A stretch of DNA of 64,000 nucleotides from Thalia democratica (lineage: Eukaryota). Positions 1 to 49,648 of this stretch are shown one piece after another. A program made the position numbers and the translations under genes. Position 1 is the stretch's first letter. Every line of letters begins with the position of its first letter. The notes beneath the pieces are model-generated. The model worked only from the letters and a program-made list of their open reading frames with translations. It made no database searches and was not told the DNA's origin. The stretch lies in assembly GCA_965202585.1 (NCBI GenBank), contig OZ241834.1, forward strand, positions 19,530,001-19,594,000. Reading direction: 5' to 3'.

Positions 1-88
1 TGTTAGTTTTGAAATTCATACAGTTTACTTACACATACACTGTTGCTTATTCAACTTTTATTGAGTGAAATTTTATTTTATATTTCAG

Positions 89-37035
<36,947 letters not shown>

Positions 37036-37460
37036 TCATACTCATGCAATCGGACCAACAGTAGTGGAAATTTAATCAAACTTGTATGAGATTTTCGACG
37101 GGCTTGTAACTAAGTTATTTAGCTGCTTTTATTTAACTTTCTAAACACGTTTATACTCAGTTATCTTGATATTTGACATAACAGTTTACGTAAACTAACA
37201 TTCCTATCAGCTATACTAATAACTTGATACTCAAACACATTATTTAAAGAAAACTATATGGCAGTTGGCTTTTCAAAGCAATATATCATTTTACGTTTAC
37301 ATTAAATCAACGTTATTTCGTTTTACTTATTTATTTTCTATCTATTGCACTTACTATTCGCAAGGTTTTGTAATCGGTACATCTGTTTATGAAATCGTCC
37401 GTCTCGTGTTTCCCCTGTCTGTTTTTTGTATCAATTTCTCTGTATCAACTTTTCATTATG

Positions 37461-37566
37461 AATAAATTAGCTTATGTTTATTAGTAATATTTTGTGTGCA
37501 GTCGAGTTAAGTTATTGAAATAAAACAATTTTTTCTCAGCTTATTATTTAAAAGATTTTTAATAAA
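37461..37566 (+). terminator. Candidate polyadenylation signals of neurobeachin
   Basis: AATAAA at 37461, 37519 and 37561, 0.4-0.5 kb after the stop. The motif is weakly informative in such AT-rich DNA. Confidence 0.35.
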
Positions 37567-37865
37567 AAGGTTATAAAGTACAACTTGCTAGGTTGCCGTA
37601 TTTTAAGCAAAACAGGCTTTTGTAAATATTCGTTTTCAAAAAAAAGGTTGAAAATACTTTTCTGCAAGTATGTTTTTTTTTTACAACATTGTTTAACTAG
37701 TTTAAGTATAGTAAGTTAAGCTAGTAAAATGAGTATTTTACTTTACCTTTGTAGTTATAATTAACAGTTACATAAAACTTTTTAACTAAGACAATTGAAA
37801 CAAAGTCTTAATTAGTTTCCTACATAAAAATAATCAATTGAATTTTTTATAAAACTAAGTTACAA

Positions 37866-39113
37866 CAGGGTTCGTGTGCGTCAGGCTAAATCAGTTTTTT
37901 TTGAAAAACGTCAGGCTAAATCAGTTTTTTTTTTTTTTAATTTGAAAATCTCAGTTTTTCTCAGTTCAAATGCTTGAAAATTTTTGATTAAAAAAAGTTG
38001 AGAAATCTTTTCAAGATCAAATTGAGATGTAAATTTATTTCTAAATAAAGATTTAAATATTAAAGACAAAATCAGTCAGTGTGTAAAAATAAATGTTTAA
38101 AACCATTTGTTGAATCTCTAAAAAATTTTTAATTTTCTTCCTTATTTAGTTTTGAGTAGGTTATAGACGTCATAATTATGAAAGTTCATAAAAAAATACA
38201 GCTTAAACATTACAATTTAGTTCAACAACTTAGCTGTTTGTTAGAATTTGTTTACATTAGCTATGTTTTTCAGATCTTAGTTGGTTAAACTGTTTTTATT
38301 TCTAATTTAAAGGCTTTATACCAATACTTTTTAGATTAAAACTCTTATCAGTTTAGTCATATATTTTACTGTTTGTTTAAAGTTATTAGAGATATTCACA
38401 ACACTAAAACATAGCGTTAAGATATAAGTACTAAGTTTTGTGGGAGTACAAATTTTAGGTACAATTCATTTTTCTTTACAAGAACAAAATATTAAAGGTT
38501 TTTTTATAACTTACGTGTAAGCTTTTTAAATCTGATATGACATCAACAATCACTGTATTCATTTAGAGTTGAGGATTTATAGTTATGTATTAATTTTAAA
38601 TATTAGTCAAAATACTATAATAAACATTTTCTATTTATTTTAATACTCGTGTAAGCGTTTCATTTTTAATTTTAACAAAACACGTAATGCACGTTGTTTT
38701 ATTATAAGTCTTCTGATTATAATGTTTTTAATTAGTGCTTAATTAAATTGAATAATTGTGTTTAGTAATATATTTTAAATTTTTACACTAGTAATAGATT
38801 AGATATAACACTTATTTTAAAACTTATCACTGAATTTGTTATGTTAAGGGCATAGGGGGATCGATCACATTTTTGACAATTTAGTCTTATTTTATTGAGT
38901 TGTAACTGAGCTATGAGTTGCTTTTTGCATATTTTTAAAGCTCAAAATGTTTTTGAGATAAAGCTGTTTGAAGTCGGAGACTACAATAGTACTAATCAAG
39001 ACCCTCCAATACCTAAGACGCCTTCTAAAGGGAATTTTCCTTACTTTGAAAAAATGTCAGGCTAAATTGGTCTCAGTCAGGCTAAATGAAAAAAAAATTG
39101 CGCACGAACCCTG
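37866..39113. mobile_element. Non-autonomous DNA transposon, 1.25 kb, with CAGGGTTCG ends
   Basis: TIR cagggttcgtgtgc / gcgcacgaaccctg (one mismatch); ttacaa on both flanks (37860-37865 and 39114-39119); subterminal tcaggctaaat repeats. Confidence 0.85.
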
Positions 39114-39165
39114 TTACAATCTGAAGTACACAGTATGATTACTTAAATTACCAAAAAATCTTTTA

Positions 39166-39901
39166 CAGTAGCCTCTCGCATCTTTACGCACTCGTGACGA
39201 TACGCAATCTCGTTAAGTTACGCATTATAAAATTCAAAAAAATTAAAAAAAATTTTTTTTTTTAATATTGCACAAATTAGGTCTATTGTATATTTTTAAT
39301 TTAAAATATGTTTTTATATACCAACTCACCTCTCTATATCTTAAGACTAAAAATGTTGTAGTAACATAAATAATTTTTATTAAATATTTTTCTTATATTT
39401 CATAGATTTTTGTTCAAAAGATGAAATCTATTACATTACCAAATGCATAATTTTGTAAAAGGCTGTAGAAAAAAATTTTAATATAAACACCACACCATTT
39501 CTTAATTGTAAACAAATGTCTAATTATAAATTGAATTTGCTAAGTAGAATAGAATATAAATGTTTAGTATCAAATAAGTCACATATAAATTAAAATAAAA
39601 TCTATTTATTATTAAAATTAATAAAAGTTTTCTACAAAAGTAATTTTATTTTATGTAAATTTAAACCGTTTTTTTTAATATAGGTATATATAGTTTTATC
39701 TTTTGTTTTCATATTTATAAATAAAGTAAACAAATTGTTATAAGTGGGAAAGCCCCCAGTCTGCTTTTAACTAGAAGCAATATCAAAAAAACAGCCATTA
39801 TAGTAAAGTATATTTGGTAACTCTCGTATCTTTACGATCTCTCGTATCTTTATGCATTTTTTCTGTGGACACAATGTGCGTAAATAAGCGAGAGGTTACT
39901 G
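39166..39901. mobile_element. Tc1/mariner-pogo-type MITE
   Basis: ~26-bp imperfect TIRs cagta(g/a)cctctcgc...tttacgcac, with TA on both sides (39164-39165 and 39902-39903). Confidence 0.88.
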
Positions 39902-40807
39902 TATTATGCTATAACTTTGTTCGAGTTTTTGTTATAAATTTTTGAATTATTAAATATTTTTAGATAGGTTTATTTTTCTTTATTGCAATAAAGAACAATT
40001 CCTTCTTATCAATTATCAGCTGTTTAAATTTAAAAAATTAAAGAAGCAGTAAAGTTAAAAAATTTACCGGATTTAAAAACATGACGCAATTTCGTTCAGG
40101 ACACTTTTATGCAAAAATTCTACTTCGAATCGGACTAATAAACAAAACTTTAGTAGGAAACTCTAAGTTTGTTTAACCTGAAAAGTTACTTTTTAATATG
40201 CCAACCTCACTGTCTAGTACTAAATTAACAGCTGTTTCACAACAAAACAATTTGGTAAAAATTTATTTATAAGTTTGTACACGCGATTATTAAATTTGAC
40301 TAAATACCCGATTAAGAAATTAATATACCGAAAAAATTTTAGGAGATAATAGTTTTGATTTACAAATTTTAAAAGTATTTCTTCAATATAAAACTATAAA
40401 AATATACTTAGTTCAGTTTAATATTAGTCCATATATTACTTTAATCCATTAACATCAATCACTACACTAAGATTTCAGATGCAAAAACTAAGAAACTTAA
40501 GTTTTGATTTAGGTTTATTACATTATCACACGCAACATAAAAAACAAATAAATACTTAAAAACAAGTTGTCCAGTTAAAAAGTTAAGCAAGTAAGTATTA
40601 CAAAGTTACCAATGTAAATGACGTTATACAATTGACATAAAATTCAAAGATACACCACTTATAATAAACCGCAAAACTAACTTATATAGCTATATGATTG
40701 TAAACATTCAAAATACTTCAAAGTAAAACGGTGACTTTTTAATGCTGAACTTTAATCAAAAAAGATAAAATAAAGTAATTTATACAAAAAGCAGAGATGA
40801 CAACTTT

Positions 40808-42394
40808 TCAAAAATATACTTGTCTGCTTCCTATGTACTCGCAGTGAACCACGTACCGGACTTTAATTCTGTTCGTGTCAAACACGACAAACTCTCCCCA
40901 CTCTCTCGCCCTTCTGCGCTCATCGTTTGAAATCAAAACTTGGCTGTAAAACTTCGCGCCGAAGTCGTCTTTGAAGTAAGCCTCTTCGTTCGGCTCTAGC
41001 TTTCCTTTCACCACGAAGCTGTCGTACTTGCTTCGGTCAGGCTTCGCTATGCCAAACTGGTCGTAACCGCCATTTTTTTGCGGATCACAAACTCTTCCCA
41101 GCTTCACTTCGCACAGCAGGAAAGCCAGTCCTTCGAAGCACGGATCGTAACCCCGGTGGCAGTAGTTTTGCGACTTGCCCACCGCGTCGGCGAAATACAC
41201 GCCTCTCCCGAACAAGCCGTTGTTGGCCCTCTTCAGGTCGAAGCCGTTTTTGAGGATGCTGTAGACGTTGCTGACCGCGGTGCCGTGCCACAGGAGGAAC
41301 TTGTCGGTCCTGGACTCGTCATCGTCGGCGCTATGGTCGAACTGCAGAAGGTTAACGAGGCGCAGGTTGTTTGAAGTTTTTTCCACGCACGTCTCCACCT
41401 GGTGGTAGAACACGCTGTTCCTGTCCACCAGCATCAGCGGGTGGTCCAGCAGCGAGAGGTGGACGTCGATCTTGTCGTGGCGGCTTCCGTGGTGCGAGCG
41501 CGCCACCTCGTGGCTCTGCAGAGCGTCGAGTAGCGCCTGCTTTCGCTCCACCGCCCCTCTGTTGCCGATGCGGATGTTATTGTTGCCTGATGAGAAGTAA
41601 GGTATGAGCAGGTGGAAAAGCACACTGAGCTCGTATACCGGGTTGCTCAGATTATTTTTTTCTTCTTGGTATTCGACCTTAGGTATTACTGGGAAATGAC
41701 CCCAAACTTTACGGTTTCTCCTCAATGGGTTGAGAGAGTAATTAGTTGTCTTTCTTTCATCGAGGATGCTTTTTATCGTGTATAAGTAGCTTTGTGCAAG
41801 TTTAACTGCATACCTGTTGGGATAACCAAAGAAAGTGCTTTCCTGATCGAAAGACAAGTTTAGTTGTGACGTCATCGGCTCACCGATCATTGATTGGACG
41901 AGCCGGTCCACCGTATGATCGCGGCCGAAAACCACAAAACTTTTTCTGCTTTCTCTTCTCAGCTTCACTTTGTTTTGCATCACAAAGTTTTGTTCGAACG
42001 TGAACAGCTTGTCTGTTATTTTGACGAAAGGCTTGTCAAGAATGTGGCTGATTTCGGACAGCGTTGACAGGAAGAACTTGTTGGCTTGGTGGCAAGTTTC
42101 AAACGTTCTCATGTCAAAGTCAGCTCGATAGTCGTCCAAAGAGCCGCTCTTGTGAGCGACAACATAAATGCTTGCTTCTTTGCACTTCGCCATCTGCGTG
42201 AAAAAGTACAAAATTTTTCGGCTGCTTTCGTCAAACACTAGGTACAGTTCGGCTGGCAACGGCCACTTGCTGTTAGGCGACTGGTAAACGCTGCAGTCCA
42301 CGTCGTAAATGTTGGGAATTTCGGGATGCAGTTCGGTGTATCTGACTCGCAACGCCAGGTTGTCCAACGACTTTTCACAGTAAACGGGTGCCAT
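40808..42394 (-). CDS. PARP1/2/3-like ADP-ribosyltransferase, 528 aa, single coding exon (helical regulatory domain plus catalytic domain)
   Basis: Uninterrupted ORF. Catalytic motifs LLWHGT, GLFGRGVYFADAVGKSQNYC, FLLCEVKLG and EWGEFVVFDTNRIKVRYVV give an H-Y-E triad. Upstream KQALLDALQSHEVA and LMLVDRNS resemble the PARP regulatory domain. Good start context aaaacaATGG with an in-frame stop upstream; splice acceptor at 42418-42420 implies a 5'-UTR intron. Confidence 0.92.
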   Translation of the reverse strand: MAPVYCEKSLDNLALRVRYTELHPEIPNIYDVDCSVYQSPNSKWPLPAELYLVFDESSRKILYFFTQMAKCKEASIYVVAHKSGSLDDYRADFDMRTFETCHQANKFFLSTLSEISHILDKPFVKITDKLFTFEQNFVMQNKVKLRRESRKSFVVFGRDHTVDRLVQSMIGEPMTSQLNLSFDQESTFFGYPNRYAVKLAQSYLYTIKSILDERKTTNYSLNPLRRNRKVWGHFPVIPKVEYQEEKNNLSNPVYELSVLFHLLIPYFSSGNNNIRIGNRGAVERKQALLDALQSHEVARSHHGSRHDKIDVHLSLLDHPLMLVDRNSVFYHQVETCVEKTSNNLRLVNLLQFDHSADDDESRTDKFLLWHGTAVSNVYSILKNGFDLKRANNGLFGRGVYFADAVGKSQNYCHRGYDPCFEGLAFLLCEVKLGRVCDPQKNGGYDQFGIAKPDRSKYDSFVVKGKLEPNEEAYFKDDFGAKFYSQVLISNDERRRAREWGEFVVFDTNRIKVRYVVHCEYIGSRQVYF

Positions 42395-43760
42395 TGTTTT
42401 CGGTTACAAATAAAAACCTGCAAAAAAGGCTTTTTAGTAAACTGGTCTTTCTGTAGTTCAAACAATAGCTTATTTGAAATAAAATAGTTCATTTCTTTAC
42501 ATTTTATTAATAACTCTAGTTTTTAGGTATTCAGAAACTCAGATATATTTAGTGTTCAAATTCATCAAGTATGATAAAGCATATTCAAACTAATAAAGTT
42601 TAAACTTTATTTGAAAAAGTAATTAAAATCTTCTACTAAGATTATTTTTAAATTATAATATTTGAAATTTAAAATTTTACAGTTGATTTTTTAAATAAAA
42701 CTTTTTGTTACTTTTTAATATTTAGATTAAACAAATACTTCATGAAAACTTATCTAAATTTTGTTAATTAATTAAAAAAAAACCCTACAAACATGATTAA
42801 CAAATTTGAAATTTATTTATCTGTGTTTTAGATTAAATTATTAATAAAAAATTGTAATTTAGATGATACTACAGGTAGAGCTAGATTACAAAGTAATTAC
42901 TTTTAAGAACAACAAAAGTAATAGTTAATAATTACTCTGTTGATGTGAAAAAAAGTTTTAAGAATTAAAATAAACAAATTACAATCTTAGTGATTGTTGT
43001 TATTCGAAATTACAAAGACTGTGCATGTTTGAAATAAACAGTTTGATTGCTTTTTAAAATAAACTATAACTAAGTTTAAGGCTGGTTTTTTGCACATTAT
43101 TGATTATTAATTATTATCCTTAACTTTTAACAGCTAAAAATGTATAAGTATAGCTGTAAAATGAAACTTCAACTGGGTTATTAAACTTTTAGGTAGAAAA
43201 TAGCTATCATTCTTGCTGTACGATACATTACTTGATTAAATATTTAATGTTATGACTTAAAGCTAATAAATATTGGTAAGCAACAATTTAAAAACATCAT
43301 AACTAAAAATTTCAAAAAAGTGAGCAATAATGAAGCATTACTAATGACAATCAATAAATATTAATCGAAGAATCTTGTTTGTTGTTTTTTAAAAGTAAGA
43401 TTTTGACAAAAATGTACCCTGCGGGCCGCAGATTTTTGATTTATGGGCCGCAGTTGGAGTTTGACCCCTAGGCTAGACTAACATAATTGGCCGATTAAAA
43501 TTATTTTTACTTTGTCAGTAATGTTTATTGAACGACAATAAAAAATTGCTCACAAAGTTTAGCCCAAGGACCTAGTGTTTAGATAATAGTCTCTCCTGGG
43601 CAACAGTTATTTGAAGTGAATTAAAAAAATAATTGAAATAAAATTCTATCTAAAACAAAAATGATAAAATCTACATTAATAAGAACTAGTAAATAATAAT
43701 CATTGACTAAAAGTTTAGTTATAAATTTCAATCCAAAAACTTATTTTAATGTTTCAAAAT

Positions 43761-44250
43761 GGTAAGGTCTCAAACATGCATGAAGGGACACTTTTGCATG
43801 ACGGTACTTTTGCACGAGGGAACATTTTTGCACGAATTGAGTATGTTTTAAATAGTTTTTTTTTTTTTACCATTACTGTTACTCCTAACCCTTACCCTTG
43901 GTGGTTTTTTTTTTCTTTTTTATTAATTTTTTTTTTCTGTTAAGTAATTATTTTATTTTTTCTACAACTATCACTGTTACCCCTAACCCTTACACTTGGT
44001 CGGTAAGTTTTTTTTTTCTTTATTTCATTCATTTTAATTTATTAACTTTGTTTTACTATACCCCTTACCCCTAACCCTTGGTCGGTGTTTGTATTTTATA
44101 AATTTTATTTTTCCTAGTATATTTTTCTTATTTTTTTGTTTTAATTTTTTTTTTACTCTTGTGCAAAAACGACCCTCTGTGCAAAAGTGACCCTTCGGGT
44201 AAAAATTTCCCCTTGTAAAAAAAGGTCTTTGTGCACATTTGATCCTTTTC
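43761..44250. mobile_element. Mutator-like (MULE) MITE with tgcac-type subterminal repeats and internal ccctaaccct motifs
   Basis: tttcaaaa duplicated at 43752-43759 and 44251-44258; inverted subterminal ttttgcacga / tgcaaaa arrays; same family as 48745-49091. Confidence 0.75.
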
Positions 44251-45968
44251 TTTCAAAACATTATTTTTAGTCTGAAAAGTACATTAAGAACAGCAGAATC
44301 GTGCTTTGCGAGCGACATTTTGAACTTTAACAAAAATTTAAAACAGCATCCAAACTTTAACTGAGCATTAAGATGCATCTGTTGCCCCTCATAAATAAAT
44401 ATACTTATATAGCACAATGATAATTTTTCAGCGTGTTGAATCACATAAAAAACCAACACAAAAGTTATTAGATTTCTAGCTGTTACCACCGTGGCATACT
44501 TTAAGTTTTTCTGAAAAAAACTATATATATTGTATGAACTTTAGAAATTCATTCTTCACGTTTAAAGCTGCAAATTTATGTACATATAGCAATCATCACA
44601 AAAACACATTCTACGTTATAAAACAATTTGAAGAAAGTTTCATGGAAGATCTTCTTAATTTTCTCTAAAAAAATTAAAAATAAGGAAAAATTATTTAAAA
44701 GTACAGAAAACCAAAAACTTCCCTAAAGCAAAGGTTTCAAAACTACCCTTAAATACGCAAAGACTTCTTTTGATCTTTATCATTGAATGAAAAATATCTA
44801 GTTTAATTTCAAAAACTACCTTTAAATACGCTTTGACTTTTTTTTTTCTCTTTACCGTCAACTTCAAAATTTCTAGTATAAGTTTTTATTATGTTGCATG
44901 ACCCCTAAATTTCTGGTATGGCTCACTTTAGGAAACCCTGATCTAGTATAAGTTTCTAAGATTTTTTTTTGCGTTTTACAGTCAACTTCATAATGTCTAG
45001 TATAAGTTTCAAACAGTCGGCCTCATAGCTCCCCTATCGCCCCTTTACTACTTTTAGCCCCTTTGCAGCTTGTAGCACCGTAAATTTATAAAATGGCCCC
45101 CAATGGGGCCATGTGGCCTACTTTGGGATTCCCTGTTTTAAAGCAACATTTATCAAATAGTAAATTCTTTTAAAAATCCTAAACTTTATTAATAAAAATT
45201 AAATATATGCCATAGTATATAAACTCTTATATTAAACGTAAAACTACGATTAAAAATAGCTTACTGGTACTGAATCTTTAAAATGAAACAAATATTTTTG
45301 TTTACTATATACTATCATTCATCATAAAAACACAACCTAAACATTTTCAGACTCATGATAAGGTTTTATTGGTTAACTTCTTGATTTTTTAAAGTCTTGA
45401 AATTAAAAATAACGAAAAACTATAAGTACAGAAGATCTAAAAATGCCTTCATGAAACTTTCTTCAAAACGTCTGAAAACGCGTAGAATGTGTTTTTGTGG
45501 TTATTACTACATGTTCAAAAATTTTCAGCCATAAACATGAAAGTTGATTTTCTAAAATTCCATACAATTTACAAAGGGATTGTTTTCAGAAATATTTTAA
45601 TAACTTACCGATGGTAAAAGCTAGGAAGCTAACTTTTTTAGTGTTTTTTTTTTTTTTTATGTGTTTTGCCACGCACAAAAAGTTAAACTACGCTCTTCTA
45701 CAATTTTTTTATATTTTAGCGGCAATAAGTGCACCCTACTGTGCATACAAAACGTAAAATGTTTTATATTATTTACATACTTAGATATTCTGGAGTTGAT
45801 GAAGAAGCGCAAAAAAAGGTCTAATGCTTACTTAATGGTAATTTTTTGAAAGATCTTGTCGGAGACGGCCATTGCTATTTTTATTTCTTTTAAGGGGGCC
45901 TTATAAATAAAAGATTTGGAAAAAAGATTTAATAATACTTTTCATTTAGTGTATTAGTTCTTGGAAAT

Positions 45969-47848
45969 GGTATACTAACATTTCCAACCCGCGCTCAATT
46001 CCCACCCGATCAAATCCCACCCAAATCAATTCCAACCCGATCAATTCCCACTCGAATCAATTCCCACCCGATTAAATCCCACCCGAATCAATTCCAACCC
46101 GATCAATTCTCACCCGGATCAATTCCCACCCAAATCAAATCCCACCCGATCAATTCCCACCCGATCAAATCCAACCCGAATCAAATCTCACCCAAATCAA
46201 GTTATTTAATTCTTTTATTTCTGAAATTGGTTAATAATATTTTTAATTATAAATCATTGGTTAATTCTCATACTACATTCTTAATGAAGATAAACTTATT
46301 GAAAGTGCTTTTAACATGCATGTTTAAAAATCAATTTTTAAAAGTCCTGTAGCGGTAGATATTAAGTTATAATATTTTTTAGGAGGTGTTTAAAAAAAGC
46401 ATAAAAGAAAATTGATAAATATGCATTTAAACATATTTTAGAATATTTTGATTTTAAATTATACAGTAAGACAAATGTATTTTACCCTGTATTATTTTAA
46501 ATATTTACATCAGTTTTTGTGTAACTGTAAGTTTTTATTAGTTGTTTAAATTTTTTTTTTAACTCATTTAATTTCACATAAATAATAAAACATATGTTTT
46601 AGAAAAAAAAAACTTCATAGTTACAATCAAAATAAGCTCATTTTTAAGTAGATATAGTATACAATCAATTTAGTTGGTTTAAAAACTAAGACTTAAAGAA
46701 AAAATTGAATAACAACCGAATAAGAACTTTTTTAAATAACAAATATTTTTTTAAAAAGACCAATTTTTCTATAATAAGTTATTTGCGCCGCAGGCATCAA
46801 ATACTTAAAATTGTTGTTAAATTAAACTTAGGAAGTATTGTTTTAAACAAGAAATATGAAACATTAAGCTTAATAAAACACAATATTTTCCAAAAATTGC
46901 ACTTAAAAAAAATTATGCCGAGCAATATTAATTTCTATAGGCATTACAAAGGTAGATTTAATTGGACATAAATCAGTTACCGTAGAATACTTTGTTATTT
47001 AAATAGTTTGGATACTAAAAAAACTTGAATTTGCTTTGAATCTGATTTGGACTGAATTGTATTAGCCGGAAAGGCATTTTACAAAAGATAGGCCAATTTT
47101 CCTTGCCGGCTGTAATTACTTAAAAAAATCTAGTAATCAACGAACAAAAGTAATTTAGGTCTAGAGTTTAATAAAATAAGCATTAATATAATTTTCAAAT
47201 TCCAAAGTTCTTATTAAAGAAAAATATGTTGTACAGTACTATATTATTTTGTTGTTTTAACTAAAATATAATTAAGTGTCAATGTCAATTGTTCCAACTC
47301 GTACAAAAAATAATAATTGGACATAAATTAGTTACCATGATAGAAAATGGTTCCAATACTTAAAACTTATTTATTATTTAAACCTGATCTGGATTAAACT
47401 TTAGTAACAATGATAGCATTTTACAAATAACAGTAAAACTTTCTGTTGCTCGCAAGTCGTAATTATTTAACTATCGTAGTTATCAACAAACAAAAACTAC
47501 ATTAAACTAAAAACATGATAAAATAAGCAACAGTAACAATTTTAGATTGAATAAAAAAAGCGTTTTTACCTTACTAATTTTATATTTCAATTTATTTTAA
47601 AAAATACAAAAACAAAATTTTAATGTGGGTTGAAAATATAATCGGGTTTGATAATATACTGGGAATTGAACGGGTAGTAATTATGTGGATGGGAATTGAT
47701 TTGGGTGGGATTTGATTCGGGTTGGATTTGATCGGGTGGGAAATGATCGGGTGGGATTTGATTTGATCGGGTGGGATTTGAATTGGGTTGGATTCGATCG
47801 GGTGGGATTTGATTTGGAATTGATCGGGTTGGAACTGAACAGTTCCCC
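45969..47848. mobile_element. Foldback/MULE-like element with inverted arrays of ~15-16-bp cccacccgatcaaat units
   Basis: C-rich array at ~45982-46200 and complementary G-rich array at ~47660-47848; ttggaaat duplicated at 45961-45968 and 47849-47856. Confidence 0.8.
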
Positions 47849-48744
47849 TTGGAAATACATAAACTTATTTAGTTTTGAATTGAAAATAAGTAATTATACC
47901 ACACTTGAATATGTTAACCTTAATTTTGAGTTAATAGTTTGTATAAAAATAGTACTATTTACTTTTGCATATATAAATACACTCAAAATTATTTAAAAAA
48001 AAATTTCTCTTTTGAGAAAATAGATGTTTTTATTAATGCCCTATTCTACGAAATCGAATTAGTTTTTCAAAAAATATAAATATTTCAATTAAAAATAAAG
48101 GTTATAATGCCTGTTCTTTATACCGATTACAACAACGATTAAGCAATATTTGATTACACCAGATCCTTTAACGAAATATATTACCATTATTTTTCTTCGT
48201 GTTTAATAAATTCACACTATATTGCATAGTTTAATTAGTGTATGTGTGAACTGTACATTTTTTCAAACGCAATTAATTTTGTTAAAAATATTAAAACAAA
48301 AAAGACATCAAGATTACATACACACCTTAACAATTTATAACTCTAGTTTTTATATTTTACTTTAATTGTAATCATAACTATAAGCCTTTTATAACTTTGG
48401 TATAGCTTGAAATTTCTTGTATAGATAAAGTAAACACTCATGTATAGACATTGTTTATAATTAAATGACTTTAAGAGCTCTTAATAATTTTTGTTTCACT
48501 TTTTAAATTATCTATAAGTTTGATTTTTGTGTTAAGTAGTAACGTTTTTTATATTTTCGGAACTATTCTGTATAAACACCATAAGATTTATAATGCATAA
48601 TTTTTTTTTAATCTTTAGGAGAAAAAATTTATATCATATGAAACTAACAAAAAACTAATTGAAGTAAATTACAGCGTAACATTAAAAGTAAGCAACTTTC
48701 TTATGTATAAAAAATCATTTGAAAATTCATGACACAATATAAAA

Positions 48745-49091
48745 GGGGTAGCTGTCAAATTTGCACGAGGATACTTTTATTTTTTTTTATCTTTTTTAAG
48801 GTTAATTTTTTTTTCTTTTAATCACTGTTACCCCTAACTCTCGGTCGGTAGCTTTTTTCTTACTTTTTGATTATAATCTTTATTAGTTATTTTTTATTAC
48901 TATCACTTAACCCCTAACCCTTACCCTCGGTCAGTAACTTTTTTTTTTTTTTTAATAATTTATCTTTTAGTTTTTTTTTGTGTTTTTATTTTGTTTTTTT
49001 TCTGTTCTTTTACCTTCGTGCAAAAATGTAACTCGTGCAATATTGTGCCTTCGTGCAAATTTGTCCCCTCGTGCAATTTTGACCCGTTCCC
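48745..49091. mobile_element. Mutator-like MITE, second copy of the 43761 family
   Basis: Ends gggg...caaatttgcacgagg / cctcgtgcaattttgacccgttccc; atataaaa on both flanks; internal ccctaaccct. Confidence 0.78.
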
Positions 49092-49568
49092 ATATAAAAG
49101 TAGTGAAAAAAACTTTTTTTTTAATAGGGGTAGAATACTGCGTGTCCAGCTAAATAATATAAGTCAACCTTAATTTAGAAATTGAAGGGTTGGCCAACCT
49201 TCGACCTGCGAAATATTTTTAAGATAGAGACTGACTCCTGTAAAAAATTTAAATTGAGCTTTTAGTTTTAATAGTACATTTTTTAAGAGGTCCAAGAATA
49301 TTTTACTTTTTCAAGTCCAGCCAATCAAGATTTTTAAATGAATCTTTCCCGCTGATTAGAAAACTTTTCCAAGCCTAGTATATAAGGATATAGATCAAAA
49401 GTAAGTATTGATAAACATAAATTATTCAATTTTTAAATAAATGTGGCATCAATGTATGTGACATTTGATTTATTCTTGGATTAAACTAGGCATAGAAAAA
49501 ATGCGCCAATTCAAGTATTTAGAAGGCTTGTCAACAAAATAGTTGTCAGATAATGAATATATAAATAT

Positions 49569-49648
49569 TTATTCATCATCATCATCGTCATCATCACCTG
49601 AATCTTCGGATGAGTCTGTTGATTCTGTGGATTCTTCATCCTCGAAAG
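49569..49648 (-). CDS. Putative terminal exon of an unidentified gene (acidic tail FEDEESTESTDSSEDSGDDDDDDDE*)
   Basis: tttgttag acceptor, open frame to TAA, GC content higher than flanks. Confidence 0.45.

Noticed and set aside
41078-41625. Overlapping ORFs on both strands within the PARP gene
   Set aside because: Expected from high third-position GC, which suppresses off-frame stops. No recognisable protein.
45982-47848. Regular repeat arrays here and at 54990-55145 and 56480-56690 as possible CRISPR arrays
   Set aside because: There are no unique spacers and no cas genes. The arrays are subterminal repeats of TIR elements with TSDs.
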